Of a stretch of 64,000 bases of DNA, positions 20,865 to 30,116 are shown one piece after another. How positions within the stretch are numbered: position 1 is the stretch's first letter; each line of letters opens with the position of its first letter. This DNA is from Cyanobacteria bacterium LVE1205-1 (GTDB lineage: Bacteria; Cyanobacteriota; Cyanobacteriia; CAIUCS01): the NCBI GenBank assembly GCA_041879355.1, contig CP089922.1, positions 379,910 to 443,909 on the forward strand. Reading direction: 5' to 3'. The position numbers and the translations under genes are program-made. The notes beneath the pieces are model-generated. The model was given only the letters and a program-made list of their open reading frames with translations, had not been told where the DNA came from and did not search any database.

Positions 20865-21191
20865 TCAGCTATTCAAAGAAGGTTGACAATAGAGCACAAT
20901 TAACCAGATGGCTCCAATAAGGGGAATCAGCCCGATGAAAATCCAAACCCAAGACTTACCAATATCTCGTAAACGACGCACCACTAACGGAAGAGATGGG
21001 AAAATCGTTGCTAGTGCATAAACGGTCTGAAGTTGGAGATTTTTAACTAGACCCAGTAGTATTACAACAATCATATTTGCCAGAAAATACCACCAAAAAT
21101 CCCCTCGGTTAGACCGTCCCCCATAGTCAAAAGACCGACTCCAGGCGGAGACATAAGCATCAATTAATCGCATAGAAAAATCCTCAATCAT
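20865..21191 (-). CDS. DUF805 family inner-membrane protein
   Basis: GRSNRGDFWWYFLANMIVVILL...VVRRLRDIGKSWVWIFIGLIPLIGAIWLIVL. Confidence 0.7.
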   Translation of the reverse strand: MIEDFSMRLIDAYVSAWSRSFDYGGRSNRGDFWWYFLANMIVVILLGLVKNLQLQTVYALATIFPSLPLVVRRLRDIGKSWVWIFIGLIPLIGAIWLIVLYCQPSLNS

Positions 21192-21502
21192 TGAAACAAC
21201 AGGAGTCCCTACTCTGTACGGATAAAGTCCCCGTAGTTAAGGTACAACGAAAATGTAATTCATTAAAGTAGTCAGATGCAATATTTTAAATTTTCCAATA
21301 ATATATTTTCCAAACGGAAATATTACTTTACCCTTGATTGTCAAGCATTGGGGATAACTATTTTGCTGCATTCCATTCCCAATTCACCTCATCATAAAAT
21401 TTCTTTAATAATATTAATCTTTGTGAAGTTATCCCTGGCTACTTCGTTCTAATAGGTAGTCTAAAAGGTAATTATGTTCAGGTTGGAGAGACGGTATTCT
21501 GT

Positions 21503-22183
21503 ATGACATCTGGTTTTGTGGAGCGGGACTACACCGTCAAGATTGGTCAATACTTCAGGGAAGGTTGGATCGTATTCAGCCAATATGGCTCAGGATTTAT
21601 TGGTTTTTTGATTATTAATCTCATCATCTATACAGTTTTAATGTCCGTTCCCCTCTCTGGACAAGTAATTTCAGGACCGTTGAGTGCTGGATTTCTCATA
21701 GTTGCATTTAAAATCCTAAAAAAACGCTCCCATTCATTTGAAGATTTCTTCCGAGGATTTGAGAGCTTTTTGCAGCTTTTTCTAGTTACCTTGATGTCAG
21801 GTATTTTCATCTTCATTGGTACATTACTGTTGATCATACCTGGAATTTATCTCTCCGTTGCCTATGCCTTTGCCGTAGCCCTAGTGTTAGAAAAACGACT
21901 AGAATTTTGGGATGCCCTAGAGGCAAGTCGAAAAATTATATCTAAAGAGTGGTTTTCGTTTTTCTGGTTATTTATTCTAATTGGCTTACTAAATTTCGCA
22001 GGTTTACTCGCATTTGGGGTGGGTTTACTGGTTACAACACCATGGTCAGTATGCATCTTGGCAGCAGCCTATAAAGATGTGGTAGGGTTTAACCTTGCAG
22101 ATACTGACCAGACCATATCAGATAGTATCGGGGGGTCTTCTCAAACTGCTAAAGTGATTCGTCGGGATTCTGACGATATATAA
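21503..22183 (+). CDS. hypothetical multi-pass membrane protein
   Basis: A track ORF with 4-5 hydrophobic helices and a hydrophilic C-terminal tail. The family was not confidently recognised. Confidence 0.45.
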   Translation: MTSGFVERDYTVKIGQYFREGWIVFSQYGSGFIGFLIINLIIYTVLMSVPLSGQVISGPLSAGFLIVAFKILKKRSHSFEDFFRGFESFLQLFLVTLMSGIFIFIGTLLLIIPGIYLSVAYAFAVALVLEKRLEFWDALEASRKIISKEWFSFFWLFILIGLLNFAGLLAFGVGLLVTTPWSVCILAAAYKDVVGFNLADTDQTISDSIGGSSQTAKVIRRDSDDI

Positions 22184-22427
22184 GGCACAGCAATTTTTGA
22201 TTTGATGTCAACCTTTTCAAAGGTGAATTGAAGATTATCTTCATGCTTAAGTTGTTTGGTCATGAATCCTGTTGTTGAGGAGTGGCGGGGTTGATAGTTC
22301 TCGGTTTTATTGTAAATTAGGATTGAATATGGTAGCGGCATCCAATGCCCCGACCAACCCGTAGCATTCTTGGTTCGGTATACTGGGAATCAATCCTTTA
22401 ACCATAGATCCATCGGAATTTGACACC

Positions 22428-22643
22428 ATGACAACCTTCATCCATACTCCCCACCAACCTAATCATCATTTCTCTGAAGCAGAGGTAGCCACTTTAGCCT
22501 CTAGATTGGAAAAAGATGACTATGATAATGCCTTTGCCGCTCTAAAGGATTGGCATCAATTACGGGCGATCGCCTTTCAGCAGCCAGACTTGGTTGAACC
22601 CTATTTACATTTACTCGACTTGGAAGCCTATGATGAAGCATAA
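22428..22643 (+). CDS. small conserved-looking hypothetical protein (71 aa)
   Basis: A track ORF with an acidic helical sequence, lying upstream of coaBC. No family was recognised. Confidence 0.35.
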   Translation: MTTFIHTPHQPNHHFSEAEVATLASRLEKDDYDNAFAALKDWHQLRAIAFQQPDLVEPYLHLLDLEAYDEA

Positions 22644-22679
22644 AGATGTAAAGTATTCCTTTTTTACCTTTGTCCATGA

Positions 22680-23891
22680 TTGTCCACCATGTCCGCCCAT
22701 CTCCTAATTGCCGTCACTGGCGGAATTGCTGCTTACAAAGTATGCGAAGTAGTTTCCACCCTAGCTAAAGGTGAACGGGAGGTACGGGTTGTAATGACCC
22801 ACCACTCCCAACAATTCATCACGCCCCTCACCCTCGCCACCCTGAGTCGCCATCCCGTCTACACAGACGCAGATTTTTGGCAGCCCACCCATGGACGACC
22901 CTTACATATTGAACTGGGGGAATGGGCTGACTTAATTGTCATTGCCCCATTATCAGCCCAAACCCTGGCAAAGTTAGCCCACGGATTCGCCGATAACTTA
23001 TTAACAAACACCATCTTGGCTTCTACTTGTCCAGTATTATTGGCTCCAGCGATGAATACGGATATGTGGGAACAAACAACGGTACAACGAAACTGGCAAC
23101 AACTGATGGGCGATCGCCGCTATCACAGTACGCCACCGGAAGCTGGAAGGTTAGCTTGCGATCGAGTTGGTATGGGACGGATGGCAGAACCAAAGGATTT
23201 GTTGATCCACATCGAATCTTTACTGTATACCCGTGGACAACGAGATTTAATGGGTAAACACCTATTAGTCACGGCTGGTAGTACTAGGGAACATTTTGAC
23301 CCTGTCCGTTTCATTAGCAACCCTTCCACGGGTAAAATGGGAATTAGTATTGGCATGGCAGCCTTCCATCGAGGAGCTACCGTAACATTCATTCATGGAC
23401 CTCTACATGGTCACGAGTTGAATTTAACGGAGCTAAACCCCATCCCAGTCACCAATGCCAAGCAAATGCGTCAATGTGTCCTCGATGAATTTACCCAAGC
23501 CCATTGGATAATCATGGCGGCAGCGGTAGCAGATATGAAGCCTATCCACTATACAAGCCACAAACTACCTAAAGCATCACTTTCAAATACTATACAACTA
23601 GAGCTGGTACCCGACATTTTGACCGAATTAAGTGTTCTCAAACAACCTCATCAATTACTGATTGGGTTTGCCGCCCAGACTGGGGATATTATCACCCCAG
23701 CATTGGAAAAATTAAGGTGTAAGCACCTTGATGTAATTGTGGCAAATGCCATTGATCAACCAAATTGTGGATTTGCCAGTGACACTAATGAAGCTGTATT
23801 AATAGGGAGCCGGGGACATCGACACAGTATTCCACTCAATTCCAAACTCCACCTAGCTCACCAACTATTGGATTTTATTGGACAGATTTAA
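22680..23891 (+). CDS. coaBC: bifunctional phosphopantothenoylcysteine decarboxylase / phosphopantothenate--cysteine ligase
   Basis: The N-terminal flavoprotein domain has LLIAVTGGIAAYK and PAMNTDMW. The C-terminal DFP domain has LVTAGSTREHFDPVRFISNPSTGKMG. ATG 22689 is the probable start. Confidence 0.88.
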   Translation: MSTMSAHLLIAVTGGIAAYKVCEVVSTLAKGEREVRVVMTHHSQQFITPLTLATLSRHPVYTDADFWQPTHGRPLHIELGEWADLIVIAPLSAQTLAKLAHGFADNLLTNTILASTCPVLLAPAMNTDMWEQTTVQRNWQQLMGDRRYHSTPPEAGRLACDRVGMGRMAEPKDLLIHIESLLYTRGQRDLMGKHLLVTAGSTREHFDPVRFISNPSTGKMGISIGMAAFHRGATVTFIHGPLHGHELNLTELNPIPVTNAKQMRQCVLDEFTQAHWIIMAAAVADMKPIHYTSHKLPKASLSNTIQLELVPDILTELSVLKQPHQLLIGFAAQTGDIITPALEKLRCKHLDVIVANAIDQPNCGFASDTNEAVLIGSRGHRHSIPLNSKLHLAHQLLDFIGQI

Positions 23892-23962
23892 CCCGTTACA
23901 ATAAAGAATAATTTCTATGGGGTACAACCACATTGTAATTTAGGGAGTCCTAAACAAGTCAG

Positions 23963-24030
23963 GATAGGAATTGGTTGGGGGTTTGAGGGCTTTCGCCCCA
24001 TGTACGAGGAATGCCCATGGGTTCCCTCTT
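23963..24030 (+). repeat. REP-like short dispersed repeat, copy 2 of 3 (with an internal insertion)
   Basis: GATAGGAATTGGTTGGGGGTTTGAGGGCTTTCGCCCC...CCCTCTT. It aligns with 803-846 (reverse complement) and 28706-28752. Confidence 0.55.
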
Positions 24031-24043
24031 CACTCCTTGCCCT

Positions 24044-24194
24044 GATTGACTGACAAAACTTCTCAGCCAAAAACCCGAAAGCCCTCTCCCTATCCCTCTC
24101 CCGATGGGAGAGGGAACCGGAGGGGTGGATTGGCTCCCCTCGCCCTCTGGGAGAGGGGTTGGGGGTGAGGGCGTACAACTTTTGTCAGTCAACC
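24044..24194. mobile_element. MITE of about 150 bp with 16/18 terminal inverted repeats and G/C-rich hairpin core
   Basis: The left end is GATTGACTGACAAAACTT and the right end is AACTTTTGTCAGTCAACC. The internal palindrome is CCCTCTCCCGATGGGAGAGGG. Its left 45 nt recur at 60378-60422. Confidence 0.65.
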
Positions 24195-24259
24195 AGATCC
24201 TTGCCTTTTTACCACCATAATTTAAAGATGTCAAAATTGACCAGGATGAATCAATTAAA

Positions 24260-25660
24260 ATGCTGGAAGTAAAGTCTGGTAAAGTAATGCGTATTGCAAA
24301 GATGATTCCCAGGCTCATCTTTATTGCTGATATTATTAGTTTATTTACTTTAATAACATTAGATTTATACCTAAGAATTGGGTATATTCAATTTATTTCT
24401 AGTGTAGTGATGTATGGATTTGGGTTATTCATCATCATAGGCTTATACCTTTTAGATACCTATCACCCAGATAAACAAATTGCTGGAATGCGTTCTGGAG
24501 CTAGAGTTTTACTGAGTAATAGTATCACTTACATTATTTGTTCCTATTTATCCTACCCAATTAAAATCCGATTACCAGAACTTTCAATTGATAAGATAAC
24601 ATTTCTCTATGGCATAACTTTGTTTACATTTTTTGCCATTACCATGCGATTATTTCTAGCAAAATTAGAACGTTTAGATGGAGAAAAGTATCCTTGGTTA
24701 TTAATTGGTTTAGGGGAAAAATCTAAAACATTTATCAATATCCTTGATCAAGAAAAAATTAAATCTCAATTTATACTGATTGGCAAAGATAAACAAGATA
24801 TTTCCCAATTTAAAGTCCAGAATCAATTATTGATAAAGACTGATCATTCCCTTCATCTTGAACATTGGATACAGTCTCCCCTTGCCGGTGTAATTGTGGG
24901 AGATGGATTGGGTATATCAGAGTCTTTGGTTAGAATTCTCATGAAATTAAGATTATATGGTACACCAGTTTATAAACTGCCGGATGCGTGTGAAGAGTTA
25001 TTTTTAAAGATATCTCCCTCCCTACTTGATGATAATTGGTTTACGTTCAACAACGGTTTTAATTTGATTTCTGGTGGTATTACTATAAGGCTTAAAACCA
25101 TTATGGATTTCATTTTTGGCATGATGCTTATAGTTCTACTTTCACCAATTTTATTCATCACAGCAATTTTAATTAAATTAGATAGTCCAGGAACAATTAT
25201 TTATCATCAAAAAAGAACTGGTTTACATGGTAAAACATTTCAAATCTATAAATTTCGTTCCATGTATGAAAATGCTGAAGAAAAGGGAGTTCAGTGGACT
25301 AGTAAACGAGATTTACGGATTACCAGAGTTGGATATTGGCTCAGGATATTACGAATTGATGAATTACCTCAGATTATCAATGTTTTAAGAGGAGAAATGA
25401 GCTTGATTGGTCCTCGTCCTGAACGACCAGAATTTGATGTTCAGCTTGAAAAAATTATTCCCTACTATGAGTTGCGATACTTAGTTAAGCCAGGGATTAC
25501 GGGTTGGGCTCAGGTTTATTACCCCTATGGAGCCTCCATTGAAGATGCTTATGAGAAGTTGGCTTATGATTTGTACTACATTAAAAATTATTCCCTATGG
25601 TTAGACTTTGCCATAACATTAAAAACAATTAGAGTAATACTGCTGGGAAAAGGTAGATGA
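24260..25660 (+). CDS. polyprenyl glycosylphosphotransferase (bacterial sugar transferase, WbaP/EpsB-like)
   Basis: N-terminal TM bundle plus a C-terminal domain with LSPILFITAILIKLDSPGTIIYHQKRTG...RIDELPQIINVLRGEMSLIGPRPERP. It is markedly AT-rich relative to its neighbours. Confidence 0.85.
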   Translation: MLEVKSGKVMRIAKMIPRLIFIADIISLFTLITLDLYLRIGYIQFISSVVMYGFGLFIIIGLYLLDTYHPDKQIAGMRSGARVLLSNSITYIICSYLSYPIKIRLPELSIDKITFLYGITLFTFFAITMRLFLAKLERLDGEKYPWLLIGLGEKSKTFINILDQEKIKSQFILIGKDKQDISQFKVQNQLLIKTDHSLHLEHWIQSPLAGVIVGDGLGISESLVRILMKLRLYGTPVYKLPDACEELFLKISPSLLDDNWFTFNNGFNLISGGITIRLKTIMDFIFGMMLIVLLSPILFITAILIKLDSPGTIIYHQKRTGLHGKTFQIYKFRSMYENAEEKGVQWTSKRDLRITRVGYWLRILRIDELPQIINVLRGEMSLIGPRPERPEFDVQLEKIIPYYELRYLVKPGITGWAQVYYPYGASIEDAYEKLAYDLYYIKNYSLWLDFAITLKTIRVILLGKGR

Positions 25661-26643
25661 ATCAAAAAGTCTTGCTGACGGGTGGTGCCGGTTATATTGG
25701 TTCCCATGTTGGACTTTATTTAGCCGAAGCTGGTTATGACGTTATAGTATTTGATAATTGTTCTACAGGCACTCCTGAATCAGTGCTCTTTGGGGAGTTA
25801 GTGGTGGGGGACTTGTCTGATGTAGAATTATTGCTCCATACGTTAATCAATCACCAAATTAGCAAAGTCATGCACTTTGCCGCCAGTATCAGTGTGCCAG
25901 AATCAGTCTTACGACCTCTTGACTATTATGGCAATAATACTCGCAATACATTAAATCTCCTCCAATGTTGCAACAAAGTTGGAGTTAAAGAGTTTGTCTT
26001 TTCCAGCACTGCAGCAGTTTATGGTCAGGCTGAGGAAAATCCTTTGAAAGAGAGTAGTATAACTGTACCGATGAATCCCTACGGTCGCTCAAAGTTGATG
26101 AGTGAATGGATGATACAAGATGCTGGACAGGCATCTAATCTAAATTATGTGATTTTAAGATATTTTAATGTATCCGGGGCGGATTCAAAAGGAAGAATTG
26201 GGTCTTATTCCCGTAATGCAAATCATTTAATTGATAACGCCTGCAACGTTGTCCTTCACCATCAATCCCATCTAAAAGTATTTGGTATTGACTTTCCCAC
26301 TGTGGACGGAACTGGGGTCAGGGATTATATCCATGTCCAAGATTTAGCACTAGCCCACATAGCAGCCTTGAATTACCTAGAAAATGGAGGCTCATCCCAA
26401 ATCTTAAATTGTGGCTATGGGGTTGGTTACAGTGTATTGGAAGTGGTAGAGCGAGTGAAGGTGATTTCAGGGATTGATATTCCATTGGTGATCGAAAGTC
26501 GTCGTCCTGGGGACCCAGCCTGTGTCATCGCCCACGCTGAAAAGATTAAACATATTTTAGACTGGCATCCCCACCATGATAATCTTGATGATATTATTTC
26601 CACCGCCTTGGAATGGAAGAAGAAAAATGTATCTATTAAGTAA
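25657..26643 (+). CDS. galE: UDP-glucose 4-epimerase
   Basis: GGAGYIGSH Rossmann motif, the SSTAAVYG and NPYGRSK catalytic motifs, and RYFNVSGA. It overlaps the upstream gene by 4 nt. Confidence 0.88.
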   Translation: MNQKVLLTGGAGYIGSHVGLYLAEAGYDVIVFDNCSTGTPESVLFGELVVGDLSDVELLLHTLINHQISKVMHFAASISVPESVLRPLDYYGNNTRNTLNLLQCCNKVGVKEFVFSSTAAVYGQAEENPLKESSITVPMNPYGRSKLMSEWMIQDAGQASNLNYVILRYFNVSGADSKGRIGSYSRNANHLIDNACNVVLHHQSHLKVFGIDFPTVDGTGVRDYIHVQDLALAHIAALNYLENGGSSQILNCGYGVGYSVLEVVERVKVISGIDIPLVIESRRPGDPACVIAHAEKIKHILDWHPHHDNLDDIISTALEWKKKNVSIK

Positions 26644-26670
26644 TTCCCCACGGCTGAGGAAACGTTTTCA

Positions 26671-26886
26671 TTGCATACTATAATTAAATTAACTAATATT
26701 CCCGTTCTACCTATGACCACCCATTTCATCACTGCTGAAATCACCATGCAGGAATCTGTCGCAGACTTACACCAGGAAATTAGTGCCACTTTATCCAATT
26801 ACGGTCAACCCCTGCGTTGGGCAGTCACATCCATTGATGCACAGCAGCAAACCCTGGCTTTGGAGGCGGTGGTAACCACTGACTAG
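26671..26886 (+). CDS. small hypothetical protein
   Basis: Track ORF with a likely start at the internal Met (MTTHFITAEITMQES...). No family was recognised. Confidence 0.3.
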   Translation: MHTIIKLTNIPVLPMTTHFITAEITMQESVADLHQEISATLSNYGQPLRWAVTSIDAQQQTLALEAVVTTD

Positions 26887-26906
26887 ATTGTCCATCGTCA
26901 CTGAAG

Positions 26907-28007
26907 TTGTTGCGTAGTTATCCACCGATGGTCTCCTTGGGAGTAAACCGCCCCTATGTTGTTGTGCTTTTGATTCCTACAGGAATTGGGGCATCAATTG
27001 GTGGTTATGCGGGGGATGCCATACCCATTGCACGAAGCATTGCTGCGGTGGTTGACTGCTTAATTACCCATCCCAATGTGTTAAACGGGGCTCAACTATA
27101 TGGGTCAGCATCCAATATTTTGTATGTGGAGGGGTATGGGCTAGATCAATTTGCTTCAGGAATGTGGGGACTACGACCGGTACACCAAAATCGAGTTGGG
27201 TTATTGTTGGATCAAGGAATTGAACCGGAATTAAGGATACGGCACTTACAGGCTGCCGACGCAGTTCGGGCTACCCTGGGTGTATCCATGACCGATTATG
27301 CACTGACCGATACTCCTTTAGATGTAGGTCTCCATCTTTCATCCTCTGGGGCAGCTTGGGGTACAATTGCCAACCCTGATAGTTTATTGCGGGGTGCAGA
27401 AAAACTCATCCGTGACGGGGGGGCTGAAGCGATCGCCGTGGTATCTCGGTTCCCCGATGAACCAAACAGTCCATCCCTTCAAGCCTATCGCCATGGACAG
27501 GGGGTTGATCACCTTGCAGGGGCGGAAGCGGTCATTAGTCATTTAGTCGTCCGTACATTTCACATTCCCTGTGCCCATGCCCCGGCACTTCAACCCCTGC
27601 CCTTAGATTTAGACCTGGCACCCCGTTCAGCAGCCGAAGAATTGGGGTATACTTTTTTACCAAGTGTTTTAGTTGGCTTGAATCGGGCTCCCCAGTTCAT
27701 CACCCATTCTCCACTCCGTCCGGTAGATAGGATTGATGGGTTGTGGGCGAATCAAGTAGATGCGGTGGTGGTGCCAGACTCAGCCTGCGGAGGGAGTGCC
27801 GTGTTGAACTTTAGTCACTCTGCAACCCGGTTGATCACCGTCACTGAGAATCAAACTCAGATGGCGGTTTTTCCTGATCAACTTCAGCTTCCAGCCCTAA
27901 GACTTAATTCATATTTAGAGGTAATTGGGGCAATCGCAGCTCATCGCGCCGGTGTTAATGTGGAAACACTAGTTTCTCATGTTTCTTCTATAAAACCCAT
28001 CCCCTAG
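26907..28007 (+). CDS. DUF3326 domain protein (conserved cyanobacterial/plant hypothetical)
   Basis: VVVLLIPTGIGASIGGYAGDAIPIARSIAAVVDCLITHPNVLNGAQLY. The family assignment is from memory. The ATG is probably at 26928. Confidence 0.5.
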   Translation: MLRSYPPMVSLGVNRPYVVVLLIPTGIGASIGGYAGDAIPIARSIAAVVDCLITHPNVLNGAQLYGSASNILYVEGYGLDQFASGMWGLRPVHQNRVGLLLDQGIEPELRIRHLQAADAVRATLGVSMTDYALTDTPLDVGLHLSSSGAAWGTIANPDSLLRGAEKLIRDGGAEAIAVVSRFPDEPNSPSLQAYRHGQGVDHLAGAEAVISHLVVRTFHIPCAHAPALQPLPLDLDLAPRSAAEELGYTFLPSVLVGLNRAPQFITHSPLRPVDRIDGLWANQVDAVVVPDSACGGSAVLNFSHSATRLITVTENQTQMAVFPDQLQLPALRLNSYLEVIGAIAAHRAGVNVETLVSHVSSIKPIP

Positions 28008-28046
28008 TCATTCCTATTCATCCTTTATCCCTGAGCGAGGGTTCCG

Positions 28047-28644
28047 TTGACTAATTCTAACCAACCTGAGTTGAGTGGTTTAACCCGTACCCAAGTGCTG
28101 GTGACCATCGCCATTAGTGCAATTGTTTTTTTAGCGCTGACTAAACTCTGGCTTTATTTTAGTTCCCTATCCCTATTGACTGCCCGTTCTGAACCCTGGG
28201 ATTATGTCATTGGTATGGGGTTAGGAATCGGAATTACCCTGATGGGGTTACTAGTCTACTGGTTACTGGCCTGGTTATCGCCATAGTGTAGACTCTTACC
28301 TTAACTTAGTATTGCCTCCATTGACATGGGCTGATTTAATATGGTTAGGGCTATTACCCGGGTTGAGTGAAGAACTATTCTTTAGGGGTACATTACTCCC
28401 TACTTTCGGGCTCAATACTGAAGGGGTTTTACTCACAGCGGTATGCTTTGGTCTTTTGCACTTTAGTAAATTAGAAAACTGGCCCTATGTAATCTGGGCA
28501 ATCATTGTAGGTACCATTCTTGGCGTTAGCACACTTTGGACCGATAATTTATTGGTACCAGTGATAGCCCACATTGTCACCAATGGATTATCTGGGGGTT
28601 TCTGGAAATGGCGAACCGTGGGTGGGTCTGGGATTGCTCGCTAG
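28047..28644 (+). pseudogene. CPBP-family intramembrane glutamic endopeptidase (CAAX protease/Abi), one frame break near 28255-28270
   Basis: ORF 28047..28286 has the N-terminal TM helices. The shifted frame reads WPGYRHSVDSYLNLVLPPLTWADLIWLGLLPGLSEELFFRG...LLHF...IAHIVTN (ORF 28312..28644). Confidence 0.7.
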
Positions 28645-28705
28645 TCACCATCCATTATTTATTTCCTGACTGAACATCAATCAATGGGTAGTCCTAAGCA
28701 AAAAG

Positions 28706-28752
28706 GATAGGAATTGATTGGGGTTTGGGGGCAACCCCCCTAGAACCCTCTT
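28706..28752 (+). repeat. REP-like short dispersed repeat, copy 3 of 3
   Basis: GATAGGAATTGATTGGGGTTTGGGGGCAACCCCCCTAGAACCCTCTTA. Confidence 0.55.
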
Positions 28753-28792
28753 AAATCCTTACTTTTTTACCACCACCAATCAATGAAAGATT

Positions 28793-30052
28793 ATGAAACT
28801 AGCATTAGAGTATAAACTCAGTGATACCAATCTGGATGTAGCACAAACCAGCCAGCAACGCCAACTGTCAATTTCAATTTCAGCCATAACAGAGTCCCCC
28901 TCAGGGCGAAATGTACCTCTCAATCTGTGTCTCATTTTAGACCATAGCGGGTCGATGAAGGGCAGACCTTTGGAAACGGTCAAACAGGCTGCTTGTGAAT
29001 TAGTCCAACAGTTGAGTGTGGGGGATCGCCTGTCCATTGTTGCCTTTGACCATCGGGCTACATTGTTATTACCCACCAAGGTTATTGATAGCCCTGAAGC
29101 CGCCAGGGGACCAGGGGGGATTTGTGAAAAAATTAAACGATTGGAAGCAGAAGGGGGGACTGCCATTGATGAAGGGTTAAAACTAGGAATTGAACAAATG
29201 GCCGTCGGCAAATCAGGAGCCATCTCCCAAATCCTACTATTAACCGATGGGGAAAATGAACATGGTAGTAATGACCGTTGCTTGAAACTGGCGGGGGTTG
29301 CAGCGAGCTACAACCTGACGGTCAACACCTTGGGTTTTGGAGATCATTGGAATCAAGATGTCTTAGAAAAAATCGCTGACCTTGGTGCTGGCACCCTAGC
29401 TTACATTCCTCGACCTGAAGCGGCTATCACTGAATTCAGTCGCTTATTTGAACGGATACAAACGATTGGATTAACCAATGCCCATTTAGTTATCACCCCC
29501 GCTGCCCATGTCCGTCTGGCAGAACTCAAACCCATCGCTCAAGTTTTACCCGAGACCATTGAATTAACGGCAAAACAAGAGGGAAATCAATTGGTGGTTC
29601 GGTTGGGAGATTTAATGAATGGCAACCCACGGATTATACTTGCAAACCTTTATGTAGCCCAACTACCGACCGGGGAGCAACAAATTGCCCAACTACAGGT
29701 TCGTTATGACGACCCAGCCCATCAACGGGAAGGGATAGTATCTCCAACTGTCCCCGTATATGCCACCATCCAAACGAATTACCAATCTCAACCCAATTCA
29801 GAAGTACAGCAACATGTTCTTGCCCTAGCTAAGTACCGCCAAACCCAAATTGCTGAGGCAAAACTAAAGTCAGGGGACCCAACTGGGGCAGCAACCATGT
29901 TGCAATCTGCCGCAAAAACTGCCCTTCAAATGGGGGATCAAGAAGCTGCAACCGTATTACAAAAAAATGCCACCCAATTACAAGCGGGAGAAGCATTGTC
30001 TGAAAGTCAACGTAAACAAACCCGCATGGTTTCTAAAACCACCTTACAGTAG
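28793..30052 (+). CDS. von Willebrand factor type A (VWA) domain protein
   Basis: MIDAS motif LILDHSGSM, then GGTAIDEGL and LLLTDGENEHG, with a helical C-terminal half. Confidence 0.8.
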   Translation: MKLALEYKLSDTNLDVAQTSQQRQLSISISAITESPSGRNVPLNLCLILDHSGSMKGRPLETVKQAACELVQQLSVGDRLSIVAFDHRATLLLPTKVIDSPEAARGPGGICEKIKRLEAEGGTAIDEGLKLGIEQMAVGKSGAISQILLLTDGENEHGSNDRCLKLAGVAASYNLTVNTLGFGDHWNQDVLEKIADLGAGTLAYIPRPEAAITEFSRLFERIQTIGLTNAHLVITPAAHVRLAELKPIAQVLPETIELTAKQEGNQLVVRLGDLMNGNPRIILANLYVAQLPTGEQQIAQLQVRYDDPAHQREGIVSPTVPVYATIQTNYQSQPNSEVQQHVLALAKYRQTQIAEAKLKSGDPTGAATMLQSAAKTALQMGDQEAATVLQKNATQLQAGEALSESQRKQTRMVSKTTLQ

Positions 30053-30116
30053 TTTTTCTGGGGTTGGAGTCCATTGGGAACTTCCTATATCGTCATCTTT
30101 AGTTTTTTATATTTGA

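Noticed and set aside
22141-22341. A 66-aa minus-strand ORF downstream of the membrane protein gene.
   Set aside because: It overlaps the 3' end of the 21503..22183 gene and has no family resemblance.
23915-24318. Two track ORFs (87 and 119 aa) with PLPEGEG / PSPRGRGE-type peptides.
   Set aside because: They are read straight through the REP-like repeat and the MITE palindromes. They have no start context and their composition is repeat-derived.
28780-29223. A 147-aa antisense ORF inside the VWA gene. Similar shadow ORFs include 31138..31587, 44193..44735, 33543..33857, 9338..9616, 10058..10300, 36093..36323, 46345..46659 and 60809..61063.
   Set aside because: Each lies entirely within a confidently identified gene on the opposite strand or in another frame, and has low-complexity or unbalanced composition.
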